64,000 nt of DNA, from assembly GCA_905616445.1 (NCBI GenBank), contig CAJQSV010000008.1, forward strand, positions 2,533 through 66,532, written 5' to 3'. Position numbers and translations under genes: made by a program. The notes beneath the pieces are model-generated. The model was not told the DNA's origin, made no database searches, and was given only the letters and a program-made list of their open reading frames with translations. The DNA comes from an uncultured Pelagibacteraceae bacterium. Lineage in GTDB: Bacteria > Pseudomonadota > Alphaproteobacteria > Pelagibacterales > Pelagibacteraceae. Positions 11,550-21,164 of this stretch are shown piece by piece. The number at the start of each line of letters is the position of its first letter. Within the stretch, counting starts at the first letter, position 1.

Positions 11550-12641
11550 ATGCAAAGTATGTTTAAAAAACTATTATTTATCTGTTTTTTTGTCGCTATT
11601 AATCAGTCAGTATTAGCCAATAATTTTAAATTAGAAAAACTAATTAAGTTAAATCAACCATGGAGTTTAACCTTTATTAATAAAAATGAAATTTTAATTA
11701 GTGAGAAATCAGGATCGTTAATTTTATATAACAAGAAAAGTCAGAAAAAATTTTCCATTCCTCACAATCTTAAATTTAATGATAATGGCCAGGGAGGACT
11801 ACTAGAGATTCTAAATTTTAAAGATGACATTTATATTTGTTACAGTGAAGATAGAGGAGAAGGAAAAACTAGTACTTCTATTGCGAAAGCTAAATTTTCA
11901 ATATCAAATTTAAATTTTAATAATATTTTTCAGGCCCAACCTCCTATTAAATCAGACTATCATTTTGGTTGCCGAATGGTAATTCAAGATACTCAATATC
12001 TATACGCTAGCATTGGTGAAAGAGGTCAGGGCAATATAGCTCAAGATCCCAGCGAACATCCTGGAAGTATTATTCGAATTAACTTAGATGGATCTATTCC
12101 AAAAAATAATCCAAAATTTGTGAACAAACCTGATTGGTTACCGGAAATTTTCCAAATAGGTATTCGCAACCCTCAAGGAATGACCTTGTCTCACGCCAAC
12201 AACAAGATCTATATTTCTAATCACGGTGCACGAGGAGGAGACTTTTTCGGCGAAGTAAAATTTGCTGAAAATTATGGATGGAAAATTTATTGCTGGGGTG
12301 GAATTAACTACACAGGTTTGAAATGTGGTGATACTCAAAAGTGGGACAAACGTTTTACAAAACCTTTATATACTTGGGTTCCTTCGATTGCAGTTTCTGC
12401 AGTAAAAATATATAAGGGTAATGAATTTAAAGAATGGAATGGTCAAATTTTAATAACTTCTTTAAAAGATCAATCTTTAAGAAAACTAGAATTTAAAAAT
12501 GAAGATGAAGCTGGGAATGAAGAAGTAATCTTTAAAAATACAATTGGTAGACTTCGAGATATCAAAATTGATCAAACGGGAAAAATTTATCTATTGTCAA
12601 ATGGTGACGATGCACTTTGGGTTATGAAAAAAAATAATTAA
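11550..12641 (+). CDS. PQQ-dependent sugar dehydrogenase (GSDH/YliI family)
   Basis: QPWSL, GQGGLL, HFGCR, GIRNPQG, NYGW, GRLRD. Confidence 0.9.
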   Translation: MQSMFKKLLFICFFVAINQSVLANNFKLEKLIKLNQPWSLTFINKNEILISEKSGSLILYNKKSQKKFSIPHNLKFNDNGQGGLLEILNFKDDIYICYSEDRGEGKTSTSIAKAKFSISNLNFNNIFQAQPPIKSDYHFGCRMVIQDTQYLYASIGERGQGNIAQDPSEHPGSIIRINLDGSIPKNNPKFVNKPDWLPEIFQIGIRNPQGMTLSHANNKIYISNHGARGGDFFGEVKFAENYGWKIYCWGGINYTGLKCGDTQKWDKRFTKPLYTWVPSIAVSAVKIYKGNEFKEWNGQILITSLKDQSLRKLEFKNEDEAGNEEVIFKNTIGRLRDIKIDQTGKIYLLSNGDDALWVMKKNN

Positions 12642-12649
12642 ATTAATTT

Positions 12650-13453
12650 TTAGATATCTGAAATAAATTTTTTTATTTCATTTAATAGTTTTTGGTCATA
12701 TCGCACCATGTGATCATCATTATCGATAAAATATTTAAACTTAGGTTCGTTTGCTTTCTCGAATAATTTTTTACCCATAGAAAAAGGCACGATATTATCT
12801 AATTTTCCATGTAACACTAATAGAGGTGAATTAATATTGGGTAATTTTTTTATCGTTTCATACTTGTCTTTTAATAAAAATTTAACAGGTAAAACTGGAT
12901 AATATTTCTGTGCAAGCTCTACCATGGAGGTAAAAGGAGACTCCAAAATAATTCCTGCTAAATCTTTATTTTGGGCAATTTCAATAGCTACAGCTGTTCC
13001 TAGAGATTCACCATATAAGATAAGATTTTTTTCTTTAACACCTTTTATTTTTAACCAATCCAAAGTACTTCTTGCATCTTCGTATAAGCCTTGTTCGCTA
13101 GGTTTGCCTTGGTTGCCACTAAATCCTCTATAAGCAACAATTAAAAAATTAACATTAAACTTTGATAGCTCATTTAATTTGTAGTTCCGGTTTCTTAGAT
13201 TTCCTGCATTTCCATGAAAAAAAACTATAGTTTTTTGGTTAATTAAATCTTTTTCATGCAGCCAAGCCTTTAATTTGATCCCTTCTTTACTTTGAATAAA
13301 TATTTCATTGTAATCAAAGTTAATTTCATCTTCCTGATAACCGTTATCCAAAGGATGATAGAGTAGATTCCTTTGAAAAAGATAAACATAGGTAAGAACT
13401 ATAAGATAAGTTATTAAACCTAATAATAGAGAAATATAAAAGAATTTATTCAT
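12650..13453 (-). CDS. Alpha/beta hydrolase (ABHD13/Bem46-like)
   Basis: N-terminal TM, FHGNAGN, GESLG nucleophile elbow, HG..D, terminal His. Confidence 0.9.
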   Translation of the reverse strand: MNKFFYISLLLGLITYLIVLTYVYLFQRNLLYHPLDNGYQEDEINFDYNEIFIQSKEGIKLKAWLHEKDLINQKTIVFFHGNAGNLRNRNYKLNELSKFNVNFLIVAYRGFSGNQGKPSEQGLYEDARSTLDWLKIKGVKEKNLILYGESLGTAVAIEIAQNKDLAGIILESPFTSMVELAQKYYPVLPVKFLLKDKYETIKKLPNINSPLLVLHGKLDNIVPFSMGKKLFEKANEPKFKYFIDNDDHMVRYDQKLLNEIKKFISDI

Positions 13454-13489
13454 TGTTTAATTTGAAAAAAGAACAGTTATAATGGTTAT

Positions 13490-14593
13490 ATGGACATAAA
13501 TTTGATTCTCCTAACAATTATCTCAATTTCTTTAATAGTTTTAATCTATTTTATTGTTTTTAAAAAAAAGGAGAATGCTGCAGATGAAACAAAAAATAAT
13601 TTAACTGAAGAAATTACTCGTTTAAAAGATACGCTTAATCAATCTATAAGCAGTCAAATGTCAAACATGTCGACTTCTTTTAATTCCCTATCAAAAGATG
13701 TGACTAGAGATATGACCAAGGCTTTAACAGAAGTTGATCAAAAAGTTGGCACTTTCAATAAGCAGGTAGAAGGGTTAAGCAAAAGTTCAGAAAACTTTAC
13801 TCGAATTTTATCAGGAGTAAAACAATATGGAGTATTAGCTGAATTTTCATTGGCCTCTCTATTAAAGGATTTATTACCAGCTTCTCAATTTATTGAAAAC
13901 GTTAAAATGAAACCTGGTGAAACCCAAGACACTGTGGAGTTTGCTGTTAAGCTTGAAGATGTTTTAGTTCCAGTTGATAGTCACTGGCCTATAGAAAAAT
14001 ATAAAGCTATTGATGATGCTTTTCAAAATAATGACAAAGAAGCTTTAGCAGAAGCAAGGAAAAATCTAGCTACAGCCTACAGAAACAAAGCTAAAGCCGT
14101 GAGTGAAAAATATATTGCACCACCAAAAACAACAGATTTTGCAATTGTCTACGCTCCAACAGAAGGCTTGTTTGCCGAATTATCTAGCTACCGAGATCCA
14201 AAATCAAAAAAATTATTATTACAAGAACTTATGACTGAATATAAAGTAACGGTAGCGGGACCAAATACACTATCGGCTTTACTTCAATCTTATCATTTAG
14301 GTTTTCAAACTCTAAAAGTGCAAAAGAACGCAACGCAAATTTATGGTGATCTTAGGAACATAACATCAAGGTTTGAAAGACATTTTGCGGGTATAACTGT
14401 TCTTAGAAAAAAATTAGACGAAGCAATGAAAGCAACCGATCTATTTGGTCGTGATGGAAGATCTATTATGCGTACTTTAGAAAATATTAAAGATCCAAAT
14501 AGCAGTGATAATAATGATAAAGTTTCAACTCTACCGAAAAGTTCCACAGGTAGTTATGAACAAGAAGAAGATTCAATTGAAAAAATTAATTAA
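13490..14593 (+). CDS. rmuC: DNA recombination protein RmuC
   Basis: N-terminal TM, coiled coil, VPVDSHWP, KYIAPPKTTDFA, PTEGLFAE, GPNTL. Confidence 0.88.
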   Translation: MDINLILLTIISISLIVLIYFIVFKKKENAADETKNNLTEEITRLKDTLNQSISSQMSNMSTSFNSLSKDVTRDMTKALTEVDQKVGTFNKQVEGLSKSSENFTRILSGVKQYGVLAEFSLASLLKDLLPASQFIENVKMKPGETQDTVEFAVKLEDVLVPVDSHWPIEKYKAIDDAFQNNDKEALAEARKNLATAYRNKAKAVSEKYIAPPKTTDFAIVYAPTEGLFAELSSYRDPKSKKLLLQELMTEYKVTVAGPNTLSALLQSYHLGFQTLKVQKNATQIYGDLRNITSRFERHFAGITVLRKKLDEAMKATDLFGRDGRSIMRTLENIKDPNSSDNNDKVSTLPKSSTGSYEQEEDSIEKIN

Positions 14594-14614
14594 TCCACTA
14601 CTTATAGCTTCCTA

Positions 14615-16036
14615 ATGTCAAATTTTGTATTTTACGATTTTGAAACAAGCTCATCCAATAAATCTTGGGGTCAGATAATTCAGGTTGGAGCTATTTTAAC
14701 TAATGATAATTTAGAAGAGCTAGATCGTTATGAAGCAAGATGCAGGCTTAGCCCAAGTATTATTCCAGAGGCCATGGCTCTCATTGTAAACAAATCTTCA
14801 CCAAAAATGTTAAAAGGAGCAAACCTTTCTCACTATGAAATGATTAGACAGCTTGTTGAAACATTAAAGCGTTGGGGTAAGGCTACATTCATAGGTTTTA
14901 ATAGTATAGATTTTGATGAAGAATTCTTAAGAACAACTTTATTTCAAACATTAGAATATCCTTACTTAACGAACTCAAATGGAAATAACAGAGGTGATCT
15001 ACTGAACCTAGCAAGAGCTGCTAATCTTTATTATCCAAACACTCTTAAAAATTCTATAAGCGCAAAAGGAAACGCTGTTTATAAATTAGATCAAATGGCA
15101 CCTCTTAATGGCATCGAACATGGTGACGCCCACAGTGCTATAGGCGATGTAATTGCAACATTAGGTGTGGCAAAAATTATTTCAGAAAAAGCCCCAAGTG
15201 TTTGGAAGGCAAGTCAATTAACAACCAACAAAGACGCAACTCTAGAAGTTATAAAAAAAGAACTTTATTTTTGTACAAATGAGTATTTTTATGGAAAAAG
15301 CAGACCTTATATACAGGCTTTTGTTTGCCCACATCCTAAATACCAGTGGCCAAAGTGCTTTGATTTAAAGCACGACCCTAACATTTATCTAGATATGCCT
15401 GCAGCAGAGTTAAAAGTTGCAATGGGTAAAAACCCAAAATTTTTAAGAACTGTTAGACACAATAAACATCCCATCATTATGAATCCTTCATACGGAAATG
15501 AATTTGAAGAATACAAGATGATAGGAGCGGAAAAATTAGCTGCTAGAGCTAAACTTATAAAAGATCACAAACAATTTGCAGAAAAAATAAGCCTAATTTT
15601 ACAAGATGAAGCTGAAGAAAAAGAACAAACAAAATCACAAGAGGATATCTATGAAGAAGAAAGCATCTATACTAAATTTACAAGTCCCGAAGATAATAAA
15701 ATGATGCCTGAATTTCATGAAGCAGAATGGGATAAAAAATTTTCAATTTTAAGTAAGTTTAAAGATGAAAGATTACACTATTTTGGCAGACGTCTAATTT
15801 ACGAAGAAAAACCAGAATTGCTCCCTAAGACAGAATACAATGAAATCAGAAGAACTATTGCTAAAAGACTTTTAAGCACTAATAGTGAAAAATGGAATAC
15901 CATCCCAAGAACCTATTCTGAAATTGATACTTTACGAGAAAAATTTGAGCGGGAAGGTAAACCTGACCGTTTAGCTATCTTAGACGATATTAACGTATAC
16001 GTTGAAGAAATGGAGAAATTTTACAACGCTGTCTAG
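14615..16036 (+). CDS. sbcB: Exodeoxyribonuclease I
   Basis: DEDDh motifs FYDFETS, FNSIDFDEE, AHSAIGDV; 473-aa length fits ExoI. Confidence 0.85.
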   Translation: MSNFVFYDFETSSSNKSWGQIIQVGAILTNDNLEELDRYEARCRLSPSIIPEAMALIVNKSSPKMLKGANLSHYEMIRQLVETLKRWGKATFIGFNSIDFDEEFLRTTLFQTLEYPYLTNSNGNNRGDLLNLARAANLYYPNTLKNSISAKGNAVYKLDQMAPLNGIEHGDAHSAIGDVIATLGVAKIISEKAPSVWKASQLTTNKDATLEVIKKELYFCTNEYFYGKSRPYIQAFVCPHPKYQWPKCFDLKHDPNIYLDMPAAELKVAMGKNPKFLRTVRHNKHPIIMNPSYGNEFEEYKMIGAEKLAARAKLIKDHKQFAEKISLILQDEAEEKEQTKSQEDIYEEESIYTKFTSPEDNKMMPEFHEAEWDKKFSILSKFKDERLHYFGRRLIYEEKPELLPKTEYNEIRRTIAKRLLSTNSEKWNTIPRTYSEIDTLREKFEREGKPDRLAILDDINVYVEEMEKFYNAV

Positions 16037-16074
16037 TTGACTTTAATTAAAAAATACTTATTTATAAAATATTC

Positions 16075-16395
16075 ATGGCTACAAAAAAAATCACAGACGA
16101 AAATTTTGAAACAGATGTTTTAAAAGCATCTAAACCAACCATAGTTGACTTTTGGGCAGAGTGGTGCGGACCATGTAAGCAAATAGGACCTGTGCTTGAA
16201 GAAATTTCAGATGAAATGAAAGATCAAGTTGTAATTGGAAAACACAACATTGATGAAGAACCGAATTCACCAACAAAATATGGCATACGTGGAATTCCTA
16301 CCATGTTATTATTTAAAGACGGCCAATTAAAAGCAACTAAAGTAGGCGCTACTACAAAATCAAATATAGTTTCTTGGATCAAAGAGAATATTTAA
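16075..16395 (+). CDS. trxA: Thioredoxin
   Basis: WAEWCGPCK, IPT. Confidence 0.97.
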   Translation: MATKKITDENFETDVLKASKPTIVDFWAEWCGPCKQIGPVLEEISDEMKDQVVIGKHNIDEEPNSPTKYGIRGIPTMLLFKDGQLKATKVGATTKSNIVSWIKENI

Positions 16396-17648
16396 TTTTT
16401 ACTTAAAACTTCTCCCATTAAATACAAACTGCCAAAAATTACTATGGTTTTCTTTTCTGAAGAAGACAATTTTTTTACAGCTGCGTGAATATTAGTCGCT
16501 GTACGTGATGGTATATACTTTTGACTAATTGAACAAAGTTCTTCTGCTTTTAAAGCATTAGGCTCATTTGGAATAGTTATCGTTATTATTTTTTTAAATA
16601 TTTTATTAAAAGATTTAATAAATTGATCAGGTAATTTATTTTTTTGCATACCCCAAATTCCATAGATAGGTTCTTTTAACATTTTAAGATAGTTGTATAA
16701 ATTTTTAGCACTAGCTATGGAGTGACAGCCATCAATTAATAAATTTTCCTGTAGTTTAAGTAATTTTTTTAATTTGCCTTTTTTCAGATATTGAACTCTG
16801 CCTTCAAATTGAATTTTAGGAATAGTTTGAATAATAATCTTTTTAGGTACCCCAAAATCTAATGCCACTTTAATCGCTAGAGCTAGGTTGTTAATAAGGC
16901 CTTTTGAGTGAATAATTTTAGATCTAATAGGAATCTTATGATTTTGATCATTATACAAGTAGAATTTTTTTTTTTTTTTTACACTAAACTCAGAAGCATA
17001 AATTTTTTTACTTTTATTTTTTTTTAAAATATTCTTAATTATCTTTAACGTTTTAGGTTGCTGTTTTGCTATATAAATGTTGGTATTTTGTGAGAGAGAA
17101 TCTAACTTTTGTCTGCAAATTTCAGTCAAGGTTTGAGGACTAACCCAATCTTGATGCTGAAAATTAATATTAGTTACAATCTGGGCTTTAGGTTCAGTCC
17201 ATAAATTAGTGCTGTCTTTTTTAAATAATAATCCTGCTTCAACTAAATGATAATGAATATTTTTTTGTTCTTTAGCAGCTAAAATATAAATACACGTAAA
17301 CAATTCAAATAAAGTTAACTGTAAGCCTGTAGACTCAATTAGCTTAGTATATTTTTTTATCTCTTTAAGTGTGATGTATTTATTTTTTAACCAAAACCTG
17401 TGTCTTACGTCATAGAGGTGTGGGCTGGTAAATGTGGTAACATTTTTTTTATGTGCCTCAAAAAAATATTTAAGTGAAGTTAACGTGCTCATTTTTCCAT
17501 CACTACCTAAAATATTAATAGGGTGTTTTAATTCTAAATGAGGAAAGTCAAGAACCGCTAAAACTTTTTGAATACGTTCAAGATCGAGATTGATTCTTCT
17601 GCTATAGCGCTTTTGAAGATGTTTGTAGAGTATCGAGTGTGACAACAT
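16392..17648 (-). CDS. folC: Folylpolyglutamate synthase/dihydrofolate synthase (divergent motifs)
   Basis: GSDGKMST P-loop, FTSPHL, EAG, GR, FGSLYL; conserved position after accD. Confidence 0.85.
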   Translation of the reverse strand: MLSHSILYKHLQKRYSRRINLDLERIQKVLAVLDFPHLELKHPINILGSDGKMSTLTSLKYFFEAHKKNVTTFTSPHLYDVRHRFWLKNKYITLKEIKKYTKLIESTGLQLTLFELFTCIYILAAKEQKNIHYHLVEAGLLFKKDSTNLWTEPKAQIVTNINFQHQDWVSPQTLTEICRQKLDSLSQNTNIYIAKQQPKTLKIIKNILKKNKSKKIYASEFSVKKKKKFYLYNDQNHKIPIRSKIIHSKGLINNLALAIKVALDFGVPKKIIIQTIPKIQFEGRVQYLKKGKLKKLLKLQENLLIDGCHSIASAKNLYNYLKMLKEPIYGIWGMQKNKLPDQFIKSFNKIFKKIITITIPNEPNALKAEELCSISQKYIPSRTATNIHAAVKKLSSSEKKTIVIFGSLYLMGEVLSKN

Positions 17649-18528
17649 TTGATGTGTCAGTATTAACCTGTGTTTCTTCTTTTTTCAATAAAACAGTTAG
17701 TAATGTGCCAATCGTTGATCTTAAATATTTTCTTTCAACCACAAGATCTAAGCCTCCATGATCTCTTACATATTCTGCTGTTTGGAATTCTTCTGGCAAG
17801 GTTTCTCTAACCGTATCTTGAATAACTCTTCGTCCAGCAAAACCAATAGTCGATTTAGGCTCTGCAATTAAAATATCACCTAGCATCGCCCAAGATGCCG
17901 TAACGCCCCCTGTTGTTGGATTGGTTAACACGACGATAAATGGAATATTACTTTTCTTCAATTCATTAACAGCAAGAACTGTTCTGCTCATTTGCATTAA
18001 AGCGATACTTGATTCCATCATTCTTTGACCTCCTGAACATGAAAAAAAAATGAAAGGGTTTTTGTTATCAATAGCATGCTGCACACCACGAATAAAAGCT
18101 TCTCCACTTGCGGCTCCAAAAGAACCGCCTATAAATCTAAAATCTTGTGCGCCTACTGTCACCTGAATATTTTCAACTTTGCCTGTTGCTATTGCTACGG
18201 CATCATCTTGTTTAGTAATTTTTCTAGCGGACTTGAGTCGGTCAGTGTATTTTTTAGTATCGACAAAATTAATAGGATCATCTTTGGGCAGAGGAGTATC
18301 TATGATTTCATATTCCTTATTGTCAAAGAAAATTTTAAATCGTTCAACACAACTTAATTTATGATGAGCACCACACTTAGGGCAACAATTAAAGTTTTTT
18401 TGTATATCTTCTTTGTAAATGAGATTTTTACATTCACAGGTCGTCCATAAAATCTGGTCAGACTCTGCAGTTTTCTTTCTAAACAAAGATTCAATTTTGG
18501 GTTTTATAAATTTTGTAATCCAGTTCAA
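17602..18528 (-). CDS. accD: Acetyl-CoA carboxylase carboxyltransferase beta
   Basis: Zn ribbon, SGGQRMME, PTTGGVTAS, IGFAGRRVI; TTG start. Confidence 0.96.
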   Translation of the reverse strand: MNWITKFIKPKIESLFRKKTAESDQILWTTCECKNLIYKEDIQKNFNCCPKCGAHHKLSCVERFKIFFDNKEYEIIDTPLPKDDPINFVDTKKYTDRLKSARKITKQDDAVAIATGKVENIQVTVGAQDFRFIGGSFGAASGEAFIRGVQHAIDNKNPFIFFSCSGGQRMMESSIALMQMSRTVLAVNELKKSNIPFIVVLTNPTTGGVTASWAMLGDILIAEPKSTIGFAGRRVIQDTVRETLPEEFQTAEYVRDHGGLDLVVERKYLRSTIGTLLTVLLKKEETQVNTDTSNVVTLDTLQTSSKAL

Positions 18529-19325
18529 ATGATCTTTCTCTTTAAATTAAGCACCATTCTACCTAAGTTTGTGACAGGATTTTGTCTAATTTGCAAGGAT
18601 CTCGTGATTTCTTTACATAATTGGCTTCCCACTACCAAGCCATCAGCTTTTTTTAAAGTCGCAATAGTTTTTGTGGTTATGCCGAAGCCGATCACTAGGT
18701 TTTTTTTAGAGTTAATATTTTTAATTTTATTGTAGTTAGATAGTATCTTTTTGGGAGATACTTTAAGTTTACCCCCAGTTGTTGACAGCATACTAATATA
18801 ATAAATCATGTCGTGGGAATCTTTGATAATTTTTTTTATCCTTTTTTTAGATGTCGTTGGAGACAACAATTGAACAAAAGTTACATTATGCAGTTTACAT
18901 TGATCTGCGAAAGACTTATTTTCTGGATAAGGCAAGTCAACAACAATCAAACCATCAACCCCAACTTTTTTACACTGTTTTAAAAAAGCTAAAGGTCCGT
19001 ATTGTAGAATTAAATTAAAGTAACCCATTAAGATTAAAGGTTTAGCATGTTTACTTTGTTTAAAGTCTTTAACAATATGAAAGACATCGGGTAGTTTAAT
19101 TCCATTTTTCAAAGCACGGTGTGAGCTCTCTTGAATTTGCCCACCATCGGCAACAGGCGTGTTATGAGGAAAGCCTAACTCAATAATATCAGCATGTTCT
19201 GCTATTGATTTAATTATTTCTAATGATTGTTTTTTAGTGCTATCGCCTGCAACGGTATAAGTAAGCAGGGCTGGTCTTTGTTCTTTTTGGCATTCAAGAA
19301 AAGTTTTTAGAATTTTTGAAATCAT
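18525..19325 (-). CDS. trpA: Tryptophan synthase alpha
   Basis: ELG.P...P.ADG..IQ, VDLP, GFGI, VVGS. Confidence 0.93.
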   Translation of the reverse strand: MISKILKTFLECQKEQRPALLTYTVAGDSTKKQSLEIIKSIAEHADIIELGFPHNTPVADGGQIQESSHRALKNGIKLPDVFHIVKDFKQSKHAKPLILMGYFNLILQYGPLAFLKQCKKVGVDGLIVVDLPYPENKSFADQCKLHNVTFVQLLSPTTSKKRIKKIIKDSHDMIYYISMLSTTGGKLKVSPKKILSNYNKIKNINSKKNLVIGFGITTKTIATLKKADGLVVGSQLCKEITRSLQIRQNPVTNLGRMVLNLKRKII

Positions 19326-20560
19326 CGAATGTAACTTCCTAATCTTTTTTTAATAATAAATTTATCTTTTAAAGAGTCGCCACAACTATTAACAACGATA
19401 ATATTTGAAGGATTTAATTTAGGAGCAAGTTTAATAGCTTCTGCAAAAGCATGGGAGGGCTCTAAAGATGGAGAAATATCTTCTAGCTTAGTAACTAATT
19501 GATACGCCGCTAACGCCTCTTCGTCGGTCGCAGAAGTATATCTTGCTCTTTTAGTATCTTTTAAAAAACAATGAAGCGGAGAAATACCTGGATAGTCTAA
19601 GCCTGCAGAAATAGATTCTGTTTCACTGATTTGTCCTTCTTTATCTTGCACAACATATTGTTTAGCCCCATGCAAAATTCCAATCTTGGCATTGTTAGTA
19701 AGTGGAGCGGCATGCAGTTTACTATTTTTAGGTCCACCCGCTTCCACACCAATAAATTCAATTTGTATTGGACTGTAGTCCATAAATTCACTCCAAAAAC
19801 CCATAGCAGAACTTCCGCCACCCACACAATTAATGAGTTTTACTTTTTGAGGAATTTTTCCAAATACATTTGTCATTTGGTTTTTCAGTTCTCTAGAGAT
19901 TTGAGCTGTACTCCAGGCACAAATTTTGACAAAAATATTTGGTCCAACTGTTGAACCTACACACATATGAGTCGAGTCACAATTTGATACCCAGTAACGC
20001 ATACACTCACTAACGGCCTCCACTAAAGTTTGGCTACCAGAATAGACAGGAACTATTTCAGCACCGTTTCTTCTTATAGCATCAACATTGGGTTTTTGCC
20101 TCTTTATGTCCTTTGCACCCATAAAGATTTTACATTTAAGACCAAATTTTTTAGCTGCCATAGAAAGCATTTTTCCCGCATAGCCAGCACCTGTATCCCC
20201 TACGATATATTTTTTGCCTGCTTTTTTTGCAATTAAACAATGTACCGTAGCGTTATAAATTTTATGAGCACCACCATTTGCTTCTGAAACAACTTTAGCC
20301 CAAATATCCGCTCCATTTAAATGTCTAGTTAAATTTTGAAGTTTAACAAAAGGGGTAGGAGCACCAATATAATTATCAAAATAGTAATCTCTTTGTTTTA
20401 AAAATTTTTTGTTGTACCTTAATTTTTCAAAAAGTTGGGTGAGATCTTCAATAGGTTTTTTAAGTGTTTCAGGAACAAAATTACCACCAAATTTTTTAGC
20501 ATATAAAAAATTTTTGTCATGCTGGTCGATTAACGGAATACCTTTTTTGATTTTAATCAT
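19322..20560 (-). CDS. trpB: Tryptophan synthase beta (divergent active site)
   Basis: FGGNFVPETL, GAHK PLP lysine, CVGGGS, SISAGLDYPG; located between trpF and trpA. Confidence 0.9.
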   Translation of the reverse strand: MIKIKKGIPLIDQHDKNFLYAKKFGGNFVPETLKKPIEDLTQLFEKLRYNKKFLKQRDYYFDNYIGAPTPFVKLQNLTRHLNGADIWAKVVSEANGGAHKIYNATVHCLIAKKAGKKYIVGDTGAGYAGKMLSMAAKKFGLKCKIFMGAKDIKRQKPNVDAIRRNGAEIVPVYSGSQTLVEAVSECMRYWVSNCDSTHMCVGSTVGPNIFVKICAWSTAQISRELKNQMTNVFGKIPQKVKLINCVGGGSSAMGFWSEFMDYSPIQIEFIGVEAGGPKNSKLHAAPLTNNAKIGILHGAKQYVVQDKEGQISETESISAGLDYPGISPLHCFLKDTKRARYTSATDEEALAAYQLVTKLEDISPSLEPSHAFAEAIKLAPKLNPSNIIVVNSCGDSLKDKFIIKKRLGSYIR

Positions 20561-21164
20561 TAATTCGTTTTATTTTATTTAAAAACTTTTTAATTTTAAT
20601 AATGTCTTTTACTTTATCCGTTTCTAAAGCTCCAGAAACATCAACAATTTCTGTAATTTCTCTTAAGCTTTTAAGCATGCCAAGAGTAATATTGCCCGCG
20701 AGCATTCTTGTAATTGATGAGGGTACAGTTTTAATCCAATTGTAATTCCAGCTTAAAGATTGATCTAAGCCCGAACTGTCAAAGAGAATAATGTCAGATA
20801 CCTTTTCATAAGTTTTATATTTTAAAACATCTCGTTCTTCTTTTATTTGCAGAGCCATAATAATTTTTTTATTATATTTAGATTTGATTTCATCAATTTG
20901 ATCTGCATAAAAATCTCCATAAATTTGAAAATAATCTAAATCAAGATTTGAAAAAGTTTTTAGTTCTTCAACGGTTGGACTAACGAGCACACCTACGTAG
21001 GCAGTATTTTTTTTATTTATCTTGGTTAACTTTTTTACGGTTTGGTAATTAATAAATCGATGACTTTTTTTATAATTTAAAATAAATCCACAAAAGTTAG
21101 CGCTATATTCAATGCAAGTTTCAACTTGTTCAGCCGTTGATAAACCACATACTTTTACTTGCAT
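20553..21164 (-). CDS. trpF: Phosphoribosylanthranilate isomerase
   Basis: VKVCGL, LFDS, LAG, VDVSGALE. Confidence 0.92.
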   Translation of the reverse strand: MQVKVCGLSTAEQVETCIEYSANFCGFILNYKKSHRFINYQTVKKLTKINKKNTAYVGVLVSPTVEELKTFSNLDLDYFQIYGDFYADQIDEIKSKYNKKIIMALQIKEERDVLKYKTYEKVSDIILFDSSGLDQSLSWNYNWIKTVPSSITRMLAGNITLGMLKSLREITEIVDVSGALETDKVKDIIKIKKFLNKIKRIND

